Assembly (NCBI GenBank): GCA_012295275.1
Contig: CM022668.1
Location: 10,044,001 to 10,108,000, forward strand
Origin: Chrysomallon squamiferum
Lineage: Eukaryota > Animalia > Mollusca
DNA: 64,000 bases
Direction: 5' to 3'
Below the pieces are notes generated by a model. The model saw only the letters and a list, made by a program, of their open reading frames with translations, was not told the origin of the DNA and searched no databases. The translations under genes and the position numbers were made by a program. Numbering within the stretch: the stretch's first letter is position 1; each line of letters starts with the position of its first letter. Positions 52,221 to 64,000 of this stretch are shown in pieces.

Positions 52221-55200
52221 TGTATATATGAATGTATAAATATTCACACATGTTTGTAAGTGTCAGTTTCTATTATGTAAAAGAGATCGTAGGATATGTT
52301 GTCATTTTTCTTGTACAAATAAAATTGTGTTTCTAGTCGAGTCTGCTCAAGACAGGATATTTGCTGGTCTACACGCCAAACAGAACCGAGAATCTGCTTT
52401 GGAAGCTGATAACAGAAAACGATTCACTGACACTGATAATACTGGGTCACGAGGTCAGTCACTAATTACATTATTACAATATTAATTACATTATTACAAT
52501 TATTAAATATATGAGTATTTTTATTAATTACATTGTTACAATTACTGATTTGATTATTATAACTATTAAATATATTATTACTTTCATTAATGATGTTATT
52601 GCAATTATTAATTACATTGCTACAGTCATTAATAGCATTATTGCAATTAATTTCATTATTACAGTCAATAATTACATTCTTACAATTACCTATTACATTA
52701 ATAAAATTATTAATTGTATTGTGACGGATATTAGTTACATTATTATAATTAGATGATATAAAAGTATATATAAAGGCATGTACAGACACATGTATGAGTA
52801 CATTAACATCCGAAAACAACTACTAATATACAATTTGAAATACACATTTTCTCCCGCTCACAAAAGCACAAACAATTTATAAACACACATACATAACACT
52901 ATTACTGTGTTTAGCTTAGTATATCATCTTTTATTTTAATTTTATTTTCAGTGTGTTTTATATGTGTCTGAATGGGCTCCATATATTAACTATGTGGAAT
53001 TTACTTTACAAACAAAAATCACATATAAAGTTTAAAAATCTATATACAGTTAAATATATTGTATATGTTTGTCTCTAGGTATATGAGTGTGTGTGTGTTT
53101 TCTAAATCGTGTATATATGTAAATGTTTAGAAAACAAAACTTTGAAAAGATAAACAGAGATTACACACAAAATACAAAATGTTCCTGTAATTGAGATCTA
53201 GATTACGTTGTCTTATAGAAAACTAGTTATATAACTGATTTACCTGAATGTATTGGGCTATTTCCCGTTCCAAACTGTACCTCGCAACTATTATCTCTCA
53301 ATCCACTTTCACTGATTTCCTACCTGAGGGAAACAAAAAGCTCCTTTATTTTCAATGGTAAAAGAGTATTTCATGCAATGGAAGCAAAAGGCTTCTTTTC
53401 TCGTGTATTTGTTTCATTGTCATCCCTTTAACGGCATACAAAGTACGTTTGATAAACCTTATATCTGTTTCATAAAAAATATACAGCTGTGAAAATCATC
53501 ATTAATCATATTTCTTTGCAGAGCAATGTCAACTTCATTCCACCAGTGAGCCAGTCTCGTACCTATGGCAACATCACCATAACAACCATTAACGAAACCA
53601 GCATCACCAAGGAGATAACTCTACGTACTCTGCAGCTGGAAAGCAAGGTAAAGCTCCCAAGTCATTTCTGTGAATTGTTTCCTGTTTTGATTTTGAAGAT
53701 TCTTATTAGGCCAAAAAACAATGGGAAAAACTGGGAAAACAAATGAAAAATCGGTATTTCTGTGTTTCATCCATTCAAAATTCCGGGCAAATCAATTACT
53801 CTATCTCCTGTAATCAAAGATTTCCCCACATACCCGTCTTTATTCTGCAGACAAAGATTACTTTGAGAAACTAATATTTTAGTCAGCAATGAAAATACGT
53901 GTATCTCTCCTGAGCATAAATCAAAATATGTAAGATGAGATAAGAAAATATACAGTTGAAAATAGAAAGAAAAAAAATATATACTTACATTACTAGTAGT
54001 AGTAGCGGCAGCAACAGTAGCAGCAGTAGTAGTACAATATAATGTAATAGTAGTAGTATAGCAGTAGTATAGTAGTAGCTGTGATAGTGGTAGTAGTAGT
54101 AGTTGTAGAAGTAGCGATAGTAATAGAAGTAGTGGTGGTATAGCAGTAATCCTTATTGACTGTATTGTATTGTTTTGTATCGTATTGTATTGTATTGTAT
54201 TGTATTGTATTGTATTGTATTTTATTTTATTTTATTTTATTTCATTTAGGAAAGTCCTAACAAGAAGGAAGTGGTCAGTTTCTGGGTCCAGTCTTGGACC
54301 AGTGCAAGGGACACTTCTGTTGCAATGGGATATTTAATAACTCTGACAGAACAACTGATGGACCGACAGACAAAACTAAAATTTCACCCTATCACCGTTG
54401 TGTTTGAGTAAGTCATAACGTCAAAGAAAGTATATAGTGATACATCTTATCTACAGAAAAATGTTCAGAAGTATCAAGTTTAATATATGTATGCCTCTAC
54501 ATATTTTAACATATTGGTAGCTAGGTAGGTATGTAAGTGCATTTATTATATATAATTTTGTATGAATACGTATACAATTAAAATAAATGGTATTACATTA
54601 TTTAATTTCAGCACGTCTTAATCTATTGGTGTCTCCTTTATGCACATGCTAAAACATTCCGAGAGTTAGATAGATAGACAGATAGACAGACAGACAGACA
54701 GACAGACTATATTTCAGATATTTTACTTTTCTTTGACAGGGAATCAGAGAAGAAACAAGGCGTTTCACTGTGCATCCTCAACAACATCATTAGTTCAGTA
54801 TTCACTGATAAACGAGTTGAAATATTCAACAACGTCAGACGACTACAAACTGTTCTTCCTAACATTCACATATCTGAGGTTTGTCAGTAATAATTACATA
54901 TATAGATATCTGGATAGATGGATGATTTTGATGAATGGATGGATCTGTGGAATGATGGATCGAATCTTGACGGATGGGTGTACCTTTGTGTATATATGAA
55001 TACAAAAATATTGCAAAAATGTAGATTCAGTTGTCGATAATAATTACATATATAGATATCTGGATAGATGAATGGTTCTGATCGATGGATGGATCTATGC
55101 AATGAAGGATAGAATCTGAATGGATCGATGGATGGATGTTTGTGTCTTTGTGAGTACGTATCTATAAATAGACGTGTATATGTGTATATGTACCTGCATG

Positions 55201-55437
55201 TAGAAATGAAGATAAGTTAAGCATTTGTCACTTTAAAAATTAAGCAAAATTGAATAAATGTTTATCTTTTTTATTTTCTGCAGGTACTTACGATTTCCAC
55301 TTCATTATGATTTTTCTAACCTTTTTTTTTTTGTTTTCTTTCTGTTCTTTTTTTTTCTCTCCCAGGATGACTTTATATTTTTCTGTAATCTGCCTTTCGC
55401 TCATCTGGAATCGTCTGGAGTATATGCTAACTTTTGA
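50361..55437 (+). CDS. 3' exons of a receptor-type protein tyrosine phosphatase-like gene: end of D1 plus a degenerate D2 domain
   Basis: Phase-compatible exons 50361-50507 (SQYEHIFNVMVEIVKYGLT, D1 Q-loop-like), 51075-51105, 51898-51962, 52337-52453 (YLLVYTPNRTENLLWKLITENDSLTLIIL), 53522-53647, 54250-54407 (VVSFWVQSWTS..HPITVVF), 54740-54878 (EESEKKQGVSLC..RVEIFNNVRRLQTVLP), 55366-55437 (DDFIFFCNLPFAHLESSGVYANF*). Motif order follows the PTP fold, and the terminal YANF is RPTP-like. Confidence 0.8.
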
Positions 55438-56757
55438 ATGGCTAATGAAGAAACGGAGCATCCAGTTTTAAAACTATGAAACTAACAAAGACTTGGGACA
55501 TCCACTTTTCAAACTGTGAAACCTGATCTCAGTTCGGGACATACTGTTTTTACTTAGGAGACTTTAGCATCGAAACATTAAAGTGGATATTTAATGTTTA
55601 TAACTTTAACAATTTAAACTGAGATTTTTCCTCCTAAAATTGGTTATCAGTGTTAAATTTAAGATATTTTGATTTCGTATATCTCAAGATGAAACAGTAC
55701 AAATGATTCCATAATTCGAAATTGATATAATGAATGTCTATTTGAAAGAATAATATAAAATAAATAAGTATATAGATAGACAGACATATAGAGAGACAGA
55801 GACAAAGCTAGACAGACAGATATATATATATATATATTGACAAAATGTATGATGGTATCGATGTATTGATAAATTTATTCAGGCTTACAAACAATCATAA
55901 TTATAGACATGATGACACATATACGGACACATATACTCATGCACTAACAAATTATATATACATTCAAGTTAATATGTATCGTAACAATAATCTTATTAAT
56001 CCAAATTATTCTTCAAATCCAAACGTAAATTAATGTGCTTAGGACAAATAAAACTGAATTTAAAAAAAAAAAAAAAAACTAATTCTTATCTTGTTTGTAG
56101 TATATACATAGATACCTACACACAGAAACAGACACAAAAACACATATTGTTGTATAGGTATGTAGATATGCATGTGTGTTCTTTGTAATAACTATGAAAG
56201 TGTATGTCTATATATATGTGTGTGTCTATTTATGTATGTATCTATCTCAATACATATCGATATCACCATACATCTTTTCAATTTGATAAAATCAAAAGAT
56301 AATATTTTTCGACAAATTATATTATAGTTGATGCTATATTACTGCTGCTACTACTACTGCTACTACTATTATTATTACTACTATTCTACTACTACTACCA
56401 TTATTATTACTACCCATATATACTATTACTACCCACACTGCAATACTATTTATATTATTACTATTACCACTCTTATTATTATTAATAGTATTACTAGTCT
56501 GTTGCTATTACTAGTACTTGTACTAATACTACTATTTTTCGTATGTATATTATTACATTATTACATAGTATTATTAATATTATTGTTATTATCGTTAATA
56601 ATTGTTTTAAAGTCAGTAATTTATATCTTATATAATTTGTTTGAAATAAAATAAAATAAAATAAAAAACAAACTGAAAAAAATCATTTGTCTTGCACATT
56701 ATTTTGCTTAAATATATCCATTTTGCACATGATGTCTCATTTTATAATTATTATTAC

Positions 56758-56806
<49 letters not shown>

Positions 56807-57751
56807 GTTATTATTACTATTATTATTATTTTTACTGTTATTATTATTATTATTATTATTATTACCAGTAGTATTGCTTCTGTTGTTGTTGTTGTTATTA
56901 TTATGGGTGGGGCCAAAGGGACCTTTGGCACATGCCCAACATTACTAGTGGCGCGCAAACTTTCAAAAGAAAAATAATAAAGTAGTAATAGAATGCATGA
57001 GCTCCACTTCACACAAGAAATATCGATTCACTAATTATATATTCTGAGTGCTGTACTTCACTTTAATAATGTCAAATTACTGGATTTTTTTGCAATAAAA
57101 TAACACAACGATAGGCAATACTTAGTTTACATCAGCTAAAGCATTATGAAACCCCATCGCCTTAATTGTTTTGTTTTTTCAATGTTATCTGCATAAATTA
57201 GACGACTGTCAGTCAAACTCAAAGTCCAGGGGGAAAATGAGACCCCCCCAAAAAAACAAAAAAACAACAACAACATGAACAAAAAAAATCAATGACAGTG
57301 AAAACATATTACATACGTAGAGAAACTAAATCTGTATGCATGTGTAAGTATGCTCATCTGGTTGCATGTTTTTCCTTTGACTCAGATATATGCGTGCGTG
57401 TGTCGTGTTGATTTAGAAAGCTATAGACACAGACAGAGTAAGAGAGAGAGGTAGACAGACTGATAGAGAAACACACAGGTACACTTGACACCCAGCTGAA
57501 TGTCACCGATACGCTCCCGCATAAAAATAAAAACATCTTCCTGGTTAACTTGTTCGACAAGATTATTTTACACATGACTGCAGCTTGACACATTTATAAG
57601 AAACAGTCGAATACATTTACAGGACACATCTCTAGTTAGTGTATTTATAACTACCCGCTGAAGAATGTGTGTTTTATGATTTGTTGTTACTTGACATAAT
57701 TCTGTAGTGACAGTTAGAGAACGGAAGGTTTTATAAAAGTTAACAGAAAAC

Positions 57752-63746
<5,995 letters not shown>

Positions 63747-64000
63747 GTAAGTGTCATAATACAATCAGTAAGTTTTCTCACAGTACCTGTAAGTGTCACC
63801 AAAAATCAGAGTCTACATACAATCAGTACCTACATTCTTATCATCAGCATTTGTGATCATATTGCGTTTAAATTATCGGTACGGGAGTCATGAAAACACA
63901 TTCGCTTATGTAGAAATACATAGACACACATCAACATTTCTAGATAGGAAGACAGACAACAGAGGCCAACAGATCTTATTCTTTAAACATAATTCGCTTC

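Overview
AT-rich, microsatellite-dense, intron-containing animal DNA, most likely lophotrochozoan or molluscan (inferred from gene content). There is a 200-N assembly gap at 49331-49530. The window looks like an innate-immune receptor cluster. (1) A family of multi-exon type-I membrane receptors with the layout signal peptide - EGF - F-type lectin (fucolectin-like) domain - 4 to 8 MEGF10/Draper-type EGF exons - TM - tyrosine-motif tail (YxxV, YxN, ITAM-like YETL-x9-YEKI). Genes B (30205-38489, +) and C (42504-47406, +) appear intact, D (57752->end, +) is divergent and runs off the window, and A (16186-28214, -) is an inverted copy of the B+C region in which a microhomology deletion fused a B-like 5' part to a decaying C-like 3' part. 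(2) The 3' exons of a receptor-type PTP gene whose D2 domain lacks the catalytic motif (50361-55437), plus an internally deleted paralogous fragment (10869-11759). (3) A STAND (nSTAND3-like) NTPase-ankyrin pseudogene (<1-2811, -). (4) A fragmentary gene copied tail-to-tail behind A, B and C, Tigger and Tc1 relics, a 1545-bp tandem repeat and a 50-bp minisatellite. Receptor paralogue differences concentrate in the predicted lectin ligand loops, with mosaic, conversion-like tracts. All exon models were read by eye from splice signals and paralogue comparison; no searches were run.
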